A stretch of DNA of 55,270 nt from Candidatus Omnitrophota bacterium (GTDB lineage: Bacteria > Omnitrophota > Gorgyraeia > 1-14-0-20-64-10). The stretch spans positions 1-55,270 of the forward strand of contig JACPXR010000035.1 of assembly GCA_016196465.1 (NCBI GenBank), written 5' to 3'. Position 1 is the first letter of the stretch, and every line of letters starts with the position of its first letter. This document shows positions 1 through 9,435 of the stretch, in pieces. Made by a program: the position numbers and the translations under genes. The notes beneath the pieces were generated by a model, which was not told the origin of the DNA, did no database searches, and saw only the letters and a program-made list of their open reading frames with translations.

Positions 1-1
1 G

Positions 2-691
2 GTGGCGAGAGAACTTCTTAAAGGCGGACTTTTAAACGGCAAGGCGAGGACCGTCTCCGGCCGGACGATCGAAGAAGAGGCGCAGTCGGCCAAAGAAGCG
101 GCTGGCCAGCAGGTGGTGAGGCCCTTTTCCAATCCGATCAAGCCGACGGGAGGACTGGCGATCCTCCGGGGGAATATCGCTCCCGAGGGGGCCGTCCTGA
201 AGGTGGCCGGAAGCGGCCGGAAGGAATTCAGAGGCCCGGCCCGGGTCTTTGAGTCGGAGGAGGATGCCTTCGCCGCGGTGAAGAATCGGTTGATCCGCGC
301 CGGCGACGTCGTCGTGATCCGGTACGAGGGGCCTAAGGGGGGCCCGGGGATGCGGGAGATGCTCGCCGTGACCGGCGCCATCGTCGGCGAGGGACTGGGA
401 GATTCCGTGGCCCTCTTGACCGACGGACGGTTCTCCGGGGCCACCCACGGCTTGATGGCCGGGCACGTTTCCCCTGAGGCGGCCGTCGGAGGACCGATCG
501 CCGCCCTGAAAGATGGAGACACGATCCTCTTTGACGTGGAGAAGCGCTCTCTCAAGGCGGAGCTTTCTTCCGATGAGATCGAGAGGCGCTTGAAGAGCTG
601 GAAGGCGCCTGCGCCGAGATACAAGTCCGGGGTGATGCATCGCTACGCGAAACTCGTTGGCTCGGCCAGCGAGGGAGCGGTGTTGGTTTAA
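2..691 (+). CDS. ilvD: dihydroxy-acid dehydratase, C-terminal fragment (5' end lies outside the window)
   Basis: Frame is open to the window edge. Translation carries IlvD/Edd C-terminal motifs ([38 protein letters not shown]). TAA at 689-691. Lies directly upstream of ilvBNC. Confidence 0.93.
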   Translation: MARELLKGGLLNGKARTVSGRTIEEEAQSAKEAAGQQVVRPFSNPIKPTGGLAILRGNIAPEGAVLKVAGSGRKEFRGPARVFESEEDAFAAVKNRLIRAGDVVVIRYEGPKGGPGMREMLAVTGAIVGEGLGDSVALLTDGRFSGATHGLMAGHVSPEAAVGGPIAALKDGDTILFDVEKRSLKAELSSDEIERRLKSWKAPAPRYKSGVMHRYAKLVGSASEGAVLV

Positions 692-703
692 GGAGAGAAA
701 ACG

Positions 704-2395
704 ATGGCGAAGATGAAAGGCGCGCAGATTCTGGTGGAATGCCTGAAGAAAGAGGGGGTGGAGGTCCTTTTCGGCTACCCCGGCGGGGCGAACCTGCCCA
801 TTTACGACGCGCTGTACGACGCCCCGCTGAAGCACATTCTCGTCCGGCATGAGCAGGGGGCCGCCCACATGGCCGACGGCTACGCCCGGGCGACGGGGAA
901 GGTGGGGGTTTGCCTGGCCACCTCGGGGCCCGGGGCGACGAACCTCGTCACCGGCATCGCCACGGCCTACATGGACTCGGTCCCGATCGTCGCGATCACC
1001 GGGCAGGTCCGTTCTTACTTGATCGGCAACGACGCCTTCCAGGAGGCGGACGTCTGCGGGATCACCCGCCCGATCACCAAGCACAACACCCTCGTCAAGG
1101 ATGTGAACGACCTCGCCCGGACGATCCGGGAGGCCTTCTACATTGCCGGCACCGGCAAGCCCGGCCCCGTGCTCGTGGACATCCCGGTGGATGTCTCCCA
1201 GGCGGAGGCCGAGTTCCTCTGGCCGGAGACGGTCGAGATCCGCGGCTACAAGCCCCAGCGGTTCCTCGAGGGCCACCGGGGTCAGATCGACAAGGCGGCG
1301 AAGCTCATCGTCGAGGCGAAGCGCCCCGTGGTCTACGTGGGGGGCGGGGCGATCATGTCGCAGGCGACGGAAGAGATCCGGGAGCTCATCGACCTGACCG
1401 GCGCGCCGGTCACCACCACCTGCATGGCCCTTGGGATCTACCCGGAGGACAAGCCCTGTTCTTTGAGGATGCTGGGGATGCACGGGGCCGCCTCGACGAA
1501 CTATGCCGTGCAGTACTGCGATCTCTTGGTCAACATCGGCGCCCGCTTTGACGACCGGGTCACGGGGAAGGTGGAGACCTTCTCGCCGAAGTCGAAGAAG
1601 ATCCACATCGACATCGATCCGGCCTCGATCGGGAAATCGGTTCAGGTGGACGTGCCGATCGTCGGGGATGTGAAAAGGGTGCTCCGGGAGCTGATCAAAG
1701 AGATCAAAAAGCTCAACAGGAAGCCCGACTACTCCGAGTGGTGGGATCAGATCCACGAGTGGCAGAAAAAGCACCCCCTGAGCTACTCGATGAACGGCCC
1801 CAAGCTCAAGCCCCAGTATGTGCTCGAGGTCCTGTCGGACCTGACCCAAGGGGAGGTTCTCATGACGACCGACGTGGGCCAGCACCAGATGTGGGCCTGC
1901 CAGTTTTACCGGTGGACCCGTCCAAGGACCTACATCACCTCCGGGGGCCTGGGGACGATGGGCTACGGCCTGCCGGCGGCGATCGGCGCCCAGTTCGGCC
2001 GCCCGAAGGAACGGGTGATCTGCTTAAGCGGAGACGGATCGTTTGTGATGAACATCCAGGAGCTGGCCACGGCGGTGGACCACAAGCTCCCCATCAAGGC
2101 GATCATCATCAACAACTTCTACCTCGGCATGGTCCGCCAGTGGCAGGAGATGTTCTACAAGAAGCGCTTCTCCTACAGCGGGATCCGCCCGCCGGACTTC
2201 GCGAAGGTGGCCGAGGGCTTCGGGGCCAGGGGGGTCACGGTCCGCAAGCCAGAGGAGGTCCGCCCGACCTTGGAGAAGGTGCTCTCCGACAAGGAGTGCT
2301 GGGTCGTGGACTGTCTCTGCGACGAGGAAGAGAAGGTCTTTCCCATCATCCCGCCGGGGAAGGCGATCGATGAGATGATTCTGGACATGGCGTAA
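704..2395 (+). CDS. ilvB: acetolactate synthase (acetohydroxyacid synthase) large subunit
   Basis: ATG 704 follows AAGGAGAG. 563 aa. ThDP-enzyme signatures (FGYPGGANLPIYDAL, HEQGAAHMADGYARATG, LSGDGSFVMNIQELATA) and operon context. Confidence 0.95.
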   Translation: MAKMKGAQILVECLKKEGVEVLFGYPGGANLPIYDALYDAPLKHILVRHEQGAAHMADGYARATGKVGVCLATSGPGATNLVTGIATAYMDSVPIVAITGQVRSYLIGNDAFQEADVCGITRPITKHNTLVKDVNDLARTIREAFYIAGTGKPGPVLVDIPVDVSQAEAEFLWPETVEIRGYKPQRFLEGHRGQIDKAAKLIVEAKRPVVYVGGGAIMSQATEEIRELIDLTGAPVTTTCMALGIYPEDKPCSLRMLGMHGAASTNYAVQYCDLLVNIGARFDDRVTGKVETFSPKSKKIHIDIDPASIGKSVQVDVPIVGDVKRVLRELIKEIKKLNRKPDYSEWWDQIHEWQKKHPLSYSMNGPKLKPQYVLEVLSDLTQGEVLMTTDVGQHQMWACQFYRWTRPRTYITSGGLGTMGYGLPAAIGAQFGRPKERVICLSGDGSFVMNIQELATAVDHKLPIKAIIINNFYLGMVRQWQEMFYKKRFSYSGIRPPDFAKVAEGFGARGVTVRKPEEVRPTLEKVLSDKECWVVDCLCDEEEKVFPIIPPGKAIDEMILDMA

Positions 2396-2397
2396 CA

Positions 2398-2610
2398 CCG
2401 GCTGGACAACGGGGGTGAATCCAATGGAACGATGTCAGCCTTTCGGCGTTCGGGCGGTGCGCGACAACAAGGTTGTCCAGCCGGCGTCCGAGGGGGAAAC
2501 CACTGCCTGGTTTTCCCCCTCGGTACTCCCCCATCCGGCAAAAGCGATCGGTCTCGTTGGGGGAGATTTCCCATCTCCCCCAACATGCCCCCTCTTCCAG
2601 AGGAAGGGGG
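2398..2610 (+). promoter_or_regulatory. structured intergenic RNA element (four consecutive stem-loops) between ilvB and ilvN
   Basis: Perfect inverted repeats: 2398-2410 with 2472-2484 (13 bp), 2488-2499 with 2512-2523 (12 bp), 2559-2567 with 2573-2581 (9 bp). An imperfect stem pairs 2588-2598 with 2602-2610 and covers the purine-rich ilvN ribosome-binding region. Confidence 0.4.
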
Positions 2611-2615
2611 AATAG

Positions 2616-3104
2616 GTGGCTAAGCATGTTCTGTCGGTCTTGGTGGAAAACAAGTTCGGGGTGCTGGCCCGCATCTCGGGGCTCATCGCGGGCCGGGGCT
2701 TCAACATCGATTCGCTGGCCGTCGGCGAGACGGAGGACCCCACCGCGTCCCGCATGACGATTGTCGTCAACGGCGACGAGAAGACGATCGAGCAGGTGAA
2801 GAAGCAGCTCAACCGCCTCATCGACGTCATCTCCATCCAGGACCTGACCCGCGAGGAGCATCTCGACCGGGAGCTCGTCCTGTGCAAGGTGGCCGTGACC
2901 CCGAAGACCCGCAGCGAACTTGTGGAGATCGCCCAGACCTTGAAGGCGGAGGTGGCCGACGTGGGGGTCCAAGCGATGACGATCCTGTTGGTGGGGGACC
3001 AGGCGAAGGTAAAAACCCTTTTGGAGCTGTGCAAGCCCTACGGGATTCAGGAGATTGTCCGGACCGGCCGGATCGCGATCAGCCGGGATTCACGAGGAGG
3101 TTAA
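2616..3104 (+). CDS. ilvN: acetolactate synthase small (regulatory, ACT-domain) subunit
   Basis: GTG start. The N-terminus [39 protein letters not shown] aligns with IlvH/IlvN from residue 1. 162 aa. Confidence 0.93.
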   Translation: MAKHVLSVLVENKFGVLARISGLIAGRGFNIDSLAVGETEDPTASRMTIVVNGDEKTIEQVKKQLNRLIDVISIQDLTREEHLDRELVLCKVAVTPKTRSELVEIAQTLKAEVADVGVQAMTILLVGDQAKVKTLLELCKPYGIQEIVRTGRIAISRDSRGG

Positions 3105-3109
3105 CGAAC

Positions 3110-4144
3110 GTGGCGAAGATCTATTACGACAAAGACGCGGATTTGAAGTTCTTGAAGGGGAAAAGGATCGCGATCTTGGGATACGGCATCCAGGGCAGGG
3201 GCCATGCCCTGAACCTGCGGGACTCGGGGCTGGAGGTGGTGGTCGCCCAGCGGCCCGGCGGACCTCATCATGCCCAGGCGCTGGAGGATGGCTTTCAGCC
3301 GGTCTCCGTGTCGGAGGCGGCGCGTGAGGCGGAGGTGATCATGGTCCTCCTCCAGGACACCCTCCAGCCGGAGGTGTACCGGACCTCCATGGTCCAGCAT
3401 TTGAAAAGCGGCAAGGCCCTCGCCTTCGCGCACGGCTTCAACATCCATTTCCGCCAGATCGAACCGCCGAAGGAGGTCGATGTCTTTCTCGTGGCCCCCA
3501 AGGGGCCCGGGTCGCTCGTGCGGGAGCTCTTTGTCCAGGGGGGAGGGGTCCCGAGTCTCATCGCCGTCGGGCAGGATCCCTCCGGCCACGCGAAGGAGCT
3601 CGCCCTCGCCTACGCGAAGGGGCTGGGCTCCACGAAGGCGGGGGTGCTGGAGACCACCTTCGCCGAGGAGACCGAGACTGATCTCTTCGGGGAGCAGACG
3701 GTCCTCTGCGGCGGGGCCTCGGAGCTCATCAAGGCGGGGTTCGAGACGCTGGTTTCAGCCGGCTATCAGCCGGAGCTGGCCTACTTCGAGTGCCTGCATG
3801 AGCTTAAATTAATCGTCGACATGATCTACGCCCAGGGGATCCAGGGGATGTGGCAGAGGGTTTCCGAGACGGCCCGGTATGGGGGCCTGACCCGCGGCTC
3901 CCGGGTGGTCAACGAGGCGACCCGCGCCGAGATGCGGAAGATCCTCGAGGAGATCCGCTCGGGCGCTTTCGCTAAGGAGTGGATCGCCGAGACCCAGGCG
4001 GGGCGCCCGGTCTTCAAGGCCCTCCTGGCCAGCGGAGACCGGCACCTCCTGGAGATCGTTGGGGCCCAGCTGCGCTCCATGATGCCCTGGATCAGCCCGC
4101 AGCCGGCGAGCCATCAACCCCAGGCGGCCAAGGTGAAACAATGA
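3110..4144 (+). CDS. ilvC: ketol-acid reductoisomerase (class I)
   Basis: GTG 3110 lies 10 nt after AGGAGG (3095-3100). [10 protein letters not shown] start and [17 protein letters not shown] Rossmann motif. The listed ORF 2882-4144 is an upstream extension that overlaps ilvN. Confidence 0.93.
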   Translation: MAKIYYDKDADLKFLKGKRIAILGYGIQGRGHALNLRDSGLEVVVAQRPGGPHHAQALEDGFQPVSVSEAAREAEVIMVLLQDTLQPEVYRTSMVQHLKSGKALAFAHGFNIHFRQIEPPKEVDVFLVAPKGPGSLVRELFVQGGGVPSLIAVGQDPSGHAKELALAYAKGLGSTKAGVLETTFAEETETDLFGEQTVLCGGASELIKAGFETLVSAGYQPELAYFECLHELKLIVDMIYAQGIQGMWQRVSETARYGGLTRGSRVVNEATRAEMRKILEEIRSGAFAKEWIAETQAGRPVFKALLASGDRHLLEIVGAQLRSMMPWISPQPASHQPQAAKVKQ

Positions 4145-5676
4145 GTGATCGGGTCGTCATTTTCGATACGACGCTCAGGGACGGGGAGCAGTGCCCCGGG
4201 GCCAGCTTGAACCCCCAGCAGAAGCTGGAGGTGGCCCGGCAGCTCGCCCGCCTGAAGGTGGACGTGATCGAAGCGGGGTTCGCCGTCTCTTCCCCGGGCG
4301 ACTTCGAGGGGGTGAACCGGATCGCCCGGGAGATCCGGGGGCCGGTGATCGCCTCCTTGGCCCGGGCGGTCCCCAAAGACATTCAGGCGGCGGGAGCGGC
4401 CTTGAAGCCGGCGAAGCGCCGGAGGATCCACACCTTCGTCGCCACCTCGGAGATTCACATGAAGTACAAGCTGCGCAAGGCGGAGGATGAGATCGTCCGG
4501 TTGGCGGTGGCGGCGGTGAAGCTGGCCCGCCGGCACACCGACGACGTGGAGTTCTCCGCCGAGGACGCCGCCCGGAGCCGACCCGACTTTCTCTTCCGGG
4601 TTTACGAGGCGGTGATCAACGCCGGCGCCACGACGGTGAACGTCCCGGACACGGTAGGGTGGGCGATCCCCTCGCAGTTTGGCGAGCTGATCCGCTCGAT
4701 CCGGGAGAATGTCCCGAACATCCGCAAGGCCGTCATATCGGTCCACTGCCACAACGACCTGGGGCTCTCCACCGCCAACAGCTTGAGCGCCGTGGCAAAC
4801 GGGGCTCGGCAGGTCGAGTGCACGGTGAACGGCATCGGGGAGCGGGCCGGGAACGCCAGTCTCGAAGAGGTGGTGATGGGGCTGAAGGTCCGGAAGGACC
4901 TCTTTGGGGCCGGGGTCAGCGTGGACACGACGGAGATCTACCGGGCCAGCCGCCTCGTCTCCAAGCTGACCGGGTTCCTCGTTCAGCCGAACAAGGCGAT
5001 CGTCGGAGGAAACGCCTTCGCCCACGAATCGGGGATCCACCAGCACGGCGTCCTCATGCACCGGAAGACCTATGAGATCATGACCCCCCAAGAGGTCGGC
5101 TGGGGGGAGTCGAAGCTGGTGCTGGGGAAACATTCCGGACGGCACGCCTTCGTGGCGAGACTTAAAGTCCTCGGGTTCCGCCTGGAGGAGAAGCGGCTCG
5201 AGGAGGCGTTCGAGCGGTTCAAGGTGCTCGCCGACAAGAAGAAGGAGGTCTTCGACGACGACCTCTCCGCCCTGGTCGAGGATGAGATCTCCGAGGTGCC
5301 CCAGCGCTATTCGCTGGAGTATCTCCATGTGACGAGCGGCACCGGCGTCATCCCCGCGGCCACGGTCCGCCTGAAAACGCCCCAGGGGAAGATCCTTCAG
5401 GGGGCCGCGAGCGGCGACGGGCCGGTGGACGCCTGCTACAACGTGATCGACCGGCTGACCGGCTTCAAGGGGAAGCTCGTCGATTACGTGATCCAGTCGG
5501 TCACCTCCGGGAAGGACGCCCTGGGCGAGGTGACGGTGAAACTCTCCCTGCCTGCCGGCAGGCAGGGCGCCCACGGGCGGGTGGAGCATGGACGGGCCGC
5601 CTCCACCGACATCATCGAGGCCTCTTCGAGGGCCTATTTGAGCGCGATCAACCGTTTGCTCCATAACAGGCGCTGA
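4141..5676 (+). CDS. leuA: 2-isopropylmalate synthase (a citramalate synthase cannot be excluded)
   Basis: ATG 4141 overlaps the ilvC stop (ATGA). N-terminus [18 protein letters not shown] and the [14 protein letters not shown] motif. 511 aa with a LeuA-type C-terminal regulatory domain. Confidence 0.88.
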   Translation: MSDRVVIFDTTLRDGEQCPGASLNPQQKLEVARQLARLKVDVIEAGFAVSSPGDFEGVNRIAREIRGPVIASLARAVPKDIQAAGAALKPAKRRRIHTFVATSEIHMKYKLRKAEDEIVRLAVAAVKLARRHTDDVEFSAEDAARSRPDFLFRVYEAVINAGATTVNVPDTVGWAIPSQFGELIRSIRENVPNIRKAVISVHCHNDLGLSTANSLSAVANGARQVECTVNGIGERAGNASLEEVVMGLKVRKDLFGAGVSVDTTEIYRASRLVSKLTGFLVQPNKAIVGGNAFAHESGIHQHGVLMHRKTYEIMTPQEVGWGESKLVLGKHSGRHAFVARLKVLGFRLEEKRLEEAFERFKVLADKKKEVFDDDLSALVEDEISEVPQRYSLEYLHVTSGTGVIPAATVRLKTPQGKILQGAASGDGPVDACYNVIDRLTGFKGKLVDYVIQSVTSGKDALGEVTVKLSLPAGRQGAHGRVEHGRAASTDIIEASSRAYLSAINRLLHNRR

Positions 5677-6476
5677 TGGAATTACCCCTTTTAACCCGGG
5701 GGCTCGTCTTTCTCTCGGGGCTCGTGGTCGGCTCCTTTTTGAACGTCTGCATCTGGCGCCTGCCCGCCGGGGAGCAGGTGATCCGGGGCCGTTCCCATTG
5801 CCGGGGGTGCGGGCATCTGATCGCCTGGTACGACAATCTGCCCCTGTTGAGCTTTTTGATTTTGAAGGGAAGGTGCCGCTTCTGCCGGGCGAGGATCTCT
5901 TGGGTTTACCCGGCGGTGGAGTTGGCCACGGGAGCGCTCTTTCTCCTGGTCTTTCAGCGGTTCGGCCTGACCGCTGCGGGGCTGACTTACGCGGCCCTGG
6001 GGGCGGCTCTCATCCTCATCTCCGCCATCGACGCCCGGTGCATGGAGATTCCGGATGAGGTGACTTATCCGGGAATGCAGCTGGGGGTGATCTTGAGCTT
6101 CTTCACTCCCGAGCTCCACGGGGCCTCCAGCCGCTGGGGCGGACTGATCTCCAGTCTGCTCGGGGCCCTCGCCGGGGCCGGGTTTCTCTGGGTGATCGGG
6201 ACCGTCGGCTCTTGGGTCTTCAAGCGGGAGGCGATGGGCGGGGGGGACGTGAAGCTCATGGCGATGGTGGGATCCCTCCTCGGGGCGGGTAAGACCCTTC
6301 TCGTGAATCTCGGGTTTGCCCCCGTCCTCGGTTCGATCGTGGGGCTCGTGTTGAAATACCGCTACGGGAAGGAGCTGATCCCCTACGGGCCGTTTTTGGC
6401 CGCGGGGACGTTGATGGCGGTCTTCTGGGGGGATGGGATCCTCCAGTGGTACCGGAAGATCCTCTTGGGGATCTAG
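5676..6476 (+). CDS. prepilin (type IV leader) peptidase / N-methyltransferase, A24 family
   Basis: Polytopic membrane protein. Two CxxC pairs (HCRGCGH, GRCRFCRA), AIDARCMEIPDE and GGGDVKLMA aspartate motifs. Start overlaps the leuA stop (TGATG). Confidence 0.88.
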   Translation: MELPLLTRGLVFLSGLVVGSFLNVCIWRLPAGEQVIRGRSHCRGCGHLIAWYDNLPLLSFLILKGRCRFCRARISWVYPAVELATGALFLLVFQRFGLTAAGLTYAALGAALILISAIDARCMEIPDEVTYPGMQLGVILSFFTPELHGASSRWGGLISSLLGALAGAGFLWVIGTVGSWVFKREAMGGGDVKLMAMVGSLLGAGKTLLVNLGFAPVLGSIVGLVLKYRYGKELIPYGPFLAAGTLMAVFWGDGILQWYRKILLGI

Positions 6477-6488
6477 GAGAAAGGGAAA

Positions 6489-7616
6489 ATGCTCAGATAT
6501 CTGACGGCAGGGGAATCGCACGGGCTCTGTCTGACGGCGATCCTGGAAGGGGTCCCTTCGGGACTCAAGCTCGAGCCGGGGTCGGTGGATCGGGAGCTGA
6601 AGCGCCGCCAGCTGGGGTATGGGCGGGGGGCCCGGATGACCTCCATCGAGGTCGACCGGGTCGAGATCCTATCGGGCCTGCGCTTCGGAAGGACGATCGG
6701 TTCTCCGATCACCCTCCGGATTCCCAACAGGGACCAGTCGATCGAAAAGCTTCCCCCGGTGACGCGGCCCCGGCCGGGCCACGCCGACTTAGGGGGCGCC
6801 CTGAAGTACAACACCCTGGACGCCCGGAACATTCTTGAGCGGGCCTCGGCCCGGGAGACCGCCGCCCGAGTGGCGGTGGGGGCGGTCGCCAAGCGGCTCC
6901 TTTCGGAGTTTGGGGTCGAGTGTTTCAGCCACGTCGTCCGGTTGGGGGGAGTGGACGCGAAGCCGCAGGCCCTTTCCTTTCAGCGGATCCGGTCGCGGGC
7001 GGAGGTCTCTCCGCTGCGCTGCGCCGACGCACGGGCGGAGGAGCGAATGATCCGCGCCATCGACCGGGCCAAGCGGGCGGGCGACACGGTCGGGGGGACG
7101 GTGGAGGTGGTGGCCCTCAACGTGCCGCCGGGCCTGGGTTCCCACGTCCATTACGACCGGAAGCTGGACGGACGGATCGCCGGAGCCCTCATGTCCATTC
7201 AGGCGATCAAGGCAGTGGAGATCGGGGAGGGGGTGAACGTTTCGAACCTCTTCGGCTCTCAGCTTCACGATCAGATTTACTACTCAAAGGGAAAGGGATT
7301 TTACCGGAAGACCCACCGGGCCGGCGGGCTGGAAGGGGGCATCACAATCGGCGGTCCCCTCATCGCCCGGATCCACATGAAGCCCCTCTCCACCTTGCGC
7401 AAGCCGATGATGAGCGTGGACCTGGAAACGAAAAAACCGTTTCAGGCGACGGTGGAACGCTCCGACGTCAGCGCCGTGCCGGCCGCCGGAGTGGTGGCCG
7501 AGGGGGTCCTCGCCTTCGAGCTGGCCAACGCCTTTCTCGAGAAGTTCGGCGGCGACTCCCTGGGGGAGCTCAAGCGCAACGTCCAGGGGTACCTGCGGCA
7601 GGTGGAAAGATTCTAA
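6489..7616 (+). CDS. aroC: chorismate synthase
   Basis: MLRYLTAGESHG N-terminus, GRSSARETA-like ERASARETAARVA, LMSIQAIKAVEIG. 375 aa. Confidence 0.95.
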   Translation: MLRYLTAGESHGLCLTAILEGVPSGLKLEPGSVDRELKRRQLGYGRGARMTSIEVDRVEILSGLRFGRTIGSPITLRIPNRDQSIEKLPPVTRPRPGHADLGGALKYNTLDARNILERASARETAARVAVGAVAKRLLSEFGVECFSHVVRLGGVDAKPQALSFQRIRSRAEVSPLRCADARAEERMIRAIDRAKRAGDTVGGTVEVVALNVPPGLGSHVHYDRKLDGRIAGALMSIQAIKAVEIGEGVNVSNLFGSQLHDQIYYSKGKGFYRKTHRAGGLEGGITIGGPLIARIHMKPLSTLRKPMMSVDLETKKPFQATVERSDVSAVPAAGVVAEGVLAFELANAFLEKFGGDSLGELKRNVQGYLRQVERF

Positions 7617-8117
7617 ATGAACAATGTCGTTTTGGTTGGATTCATGGGAACGGGAAAATCAGCCGCCGGGAAACTCCTCGCCAAACGGCTGAAGAGGCCC
7701 TTTGTCGATCTGGACGATCGGATTGCCAGGGAGGCGGGAAAGCCGATCCGTGAGATTTTTGCCGCCGAGGGAGAGAACGGCTTCCGGGCCCGGGAATCCA
7801 AGGCGGTTGAATGGGCCTCAGGCCTTCGCGCTCACGTCATCGCCACCGGAGGGGGCGTCATGCTGGATGATTCCAACGTTCGGCGTCTCAAGGCCTCAGG
7901 CAAGCTCGTGTGTCTGACCGCCCGCTCGGAGGTGATCCTCAAAAGGGCCCTTCATACCCTGCCTTCGAGGCCCCTGTTGAACGGTCCCTATCCGAAGGAG
8001 AAAGTGGAGGAGCTCCTCTCCCTTCGGGCCCCTTCCTACGCGAAGGCGGATGGGACGGTGGACACCTCGGACCGGTCTCTGGAGGAAGTGGTCAAGGAGA
8101 TCTTGAAGTTTCTATGA
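7617..8117 (+). CDS. aroK: shikimate kinase
   Basis: P-loop GFMGTGKSAAGKLLA followed by FVDLDD. 166 aa. Starts immediately after the aroC stop. Confidence 0.92.
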   Translation: MNNVVLVGFMGTGKSAAGKLLAKRLKRPFVDLDDRIAREAGKPIREIFAAEGENGFRARESKAVEWASGLRAHVIATGGGVMLDDSNVRRLKASGKLVCLTARSEVILKRALHTLPSRPLLNGPYPKEKVEELLSLRAPSYAKADGTVDTSDRSLEEVVKEILKFL

Positions 8118-9235
8118 ACTCACGAGAGGCCCTCATCGCCCTGACCTTGGTTCCGGCGATCGGTCCGGCGACGATCCGGCGCCTCCTGGAGGCCCTCGGA
8201 GCGCCGGAGCGGGTCTTTGAGGTTTCTCCGGCGAGCTTAAAGCCCCTCATGAGTCGAACCGGTACCGACGAGGCGGTCGGTCAGATCGCCGAGGCCAAAA
8301 AGGGGGAAGCCCTGCGGGGAGAGCTCTCTCTGATCGAGCGCCATGGGGTCCGGGTGATCACCCTCCTGGATCCAGATTATCCAGAGCTTTTGAAGCAGAT
8401 CGCCAATCCTCCGCCCGTGTTGTACGTGAAGGGGGCCCTCCTCGAGGAGGACTCCGTCGCCCTCGCCATGGTGGGAACCCGGCGGGCCAGCCCCTACGGC
8501 CTGACGGCGGCCAGGGGCCTGGCCCAGGGGCTCGCCCGCTGCGGGATCACCGTCGTCTCGGGCCTGGCCGAGGGGATCGACCGGGCTTCGCATGAAGGGG
8601 CCCTGGAGGCGGGGGGCCGGACGATCGCGGTTCTGGGGCACGGCTTAAGCACCGTCTACCCAACGGCCCATGAGGAGCTTGCCGGGAAGATTTCCAGGCA
8701 GGGGGCTCTTGTCTCCGAGTTTCCGATGAAGGTTTGGCCCGACAGGGGAAACTTTCCCCGGAGAAACCGGGTGATCTATGGCTTGAGTCTGGGGGTTGTG
8801 GTGGTGGAAGCTCCGATGAAAAGCGGGGCCCTGATCACAGCCAGAGAAGCGCTGGAGCAGGACAGGGAACTTTTCGCTGTCCCGGGCCCGATTTCTTCGG
8901 AAAGGAGCCGCGGCACCCATCAGCTTTTAAAAGAGGGGGCCAAGCTGGTTGAAGAGGTCCCCGACATTCTCGAGGAGCTCAAGCCGGCCTTAAGCTCCAG
9001 GGTCGCCCGGTGGCGGGCCGCGGAAAGCCCGCGGGGCGGGGTCAGCCCAAGCGGTCTCTCCCCGGAGGAGATCTCCCTTTTCGAGGCGATCCCGGCCGGG
9101 GGAGGGACGGGGGTGGAGGATCTTGCCCAGGTGACGGCGCTTCCTCCCTCAAGGATCCTTCCCCTTTTGACGGGGCTTGAGCTCAAGGGGCTCATCCGGC
9201 AGCTGCCGGGACAGGGCTACGGGCGTTTGTCATGA
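8114..9235 (+). CDS. dprA: DNA-processing protein DprA (Smf)
   Basis: ATG 8114 overlaps the aroK stop (ATGA). Rossmann-like core GTRRASPYG...VVSGLAEGIDRASHEGAL...VLGHGL. The listed ORF start 7910 lies inside aroK. Confidence 0.9.
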   Translation: MNSREALIALTLVPAIGPATIRRLLEALGAPERVFEVSPASLKPLMSRTGTDEAVGQIAEAKKGEALRGELSLIERHGVRVITLLDPDYPELLKQIANPPPVLYVKGALLEEDSVALAMVGTRRASPYGLTAARGLAQGLARCGITVVSGLAEGIDRASHEGALEAGGRTIAVLGHGLSTVYPTAHEELAGKISRQGALVSEFPMKVWPDRGNFPRRNRVIYGLSLGVVVVEAPMKSGALITAREALEQDRELFAVPGPISSERSRGTHQLLKEGAKLVEEVPDILEELKPALSSRVARWRAAESPRGGVSPSGLSPEEISLFEAIPAGGGTGVEDLAQVTALPPSRILPLLTGLELKGLIRQLPGQGYGRLS

Positions 9236-9435
9236 AGGTGGCGGTCAACGGCGACTCCCTCGAGCTTCCTCCAGAGAGAAGCTTGGTCCAGTTGTTGGAA
9301 CAGCTGAAGCTGAAACCGGAGCTGGTGGTGGTGGAGCTGAACCTGAAGATCCTAAAAAGAGAGGAGTTGGCAAACACCATGCTGAAAGAAGGCGACCAGG
9401 TGGAGATCGTCCACTTCGTGGGCGGCGGGCGATGA
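9232..9435 (+). CDS. ThiS/MoaD-like beta-grasp sulfur-carrier protein (C-terminus ...VGGGR)
   Basis: 67 aa. Pattern MKVxVNG...L..LL..L.......VVELN..I......A...L..GD.VEIV.FVGGG resembles ThiS. ATGA overlaps with both dprA and topA. Confidence 0.65.
   Translation: MKVAVNGDSLELPPERSLVQLLEQLKLKPELVVVELNLKILKREELANTMLKEGDQVEIVHFVGGGR

Noticed and set aside
2882-4144. N-terminally extended versions of real genes in the ORF track (2882, 3979, 7910, 9177, 16569, 18728, 19156, 21676, 22627, 24682, 37521, 39784, 42580, 44425 and 49223 as starts)
   Set aside because: The extensions overlap the preceding gene or the tRNA, translate to Arg/Gly/Pro-rich junk, and skip internal starts. Those internal starts have SD sequences or ATGA/GTGA coupling and coincide with the conserved N-termini of the families.
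5676-6476. The prepilin peptidase in this window as the enzyme that cleaves the GLEE motif
   Set aside because: A24 peptidases cut G|F(M)-T-L-x-E leaders next to a hydrophobic helix on the cytoplasmic face. The GLEE sites lack the +1 Phe/Met and the following hydrophobic segment, and most lie deep inside large exported proteins. There is no positive evidence linking the two.
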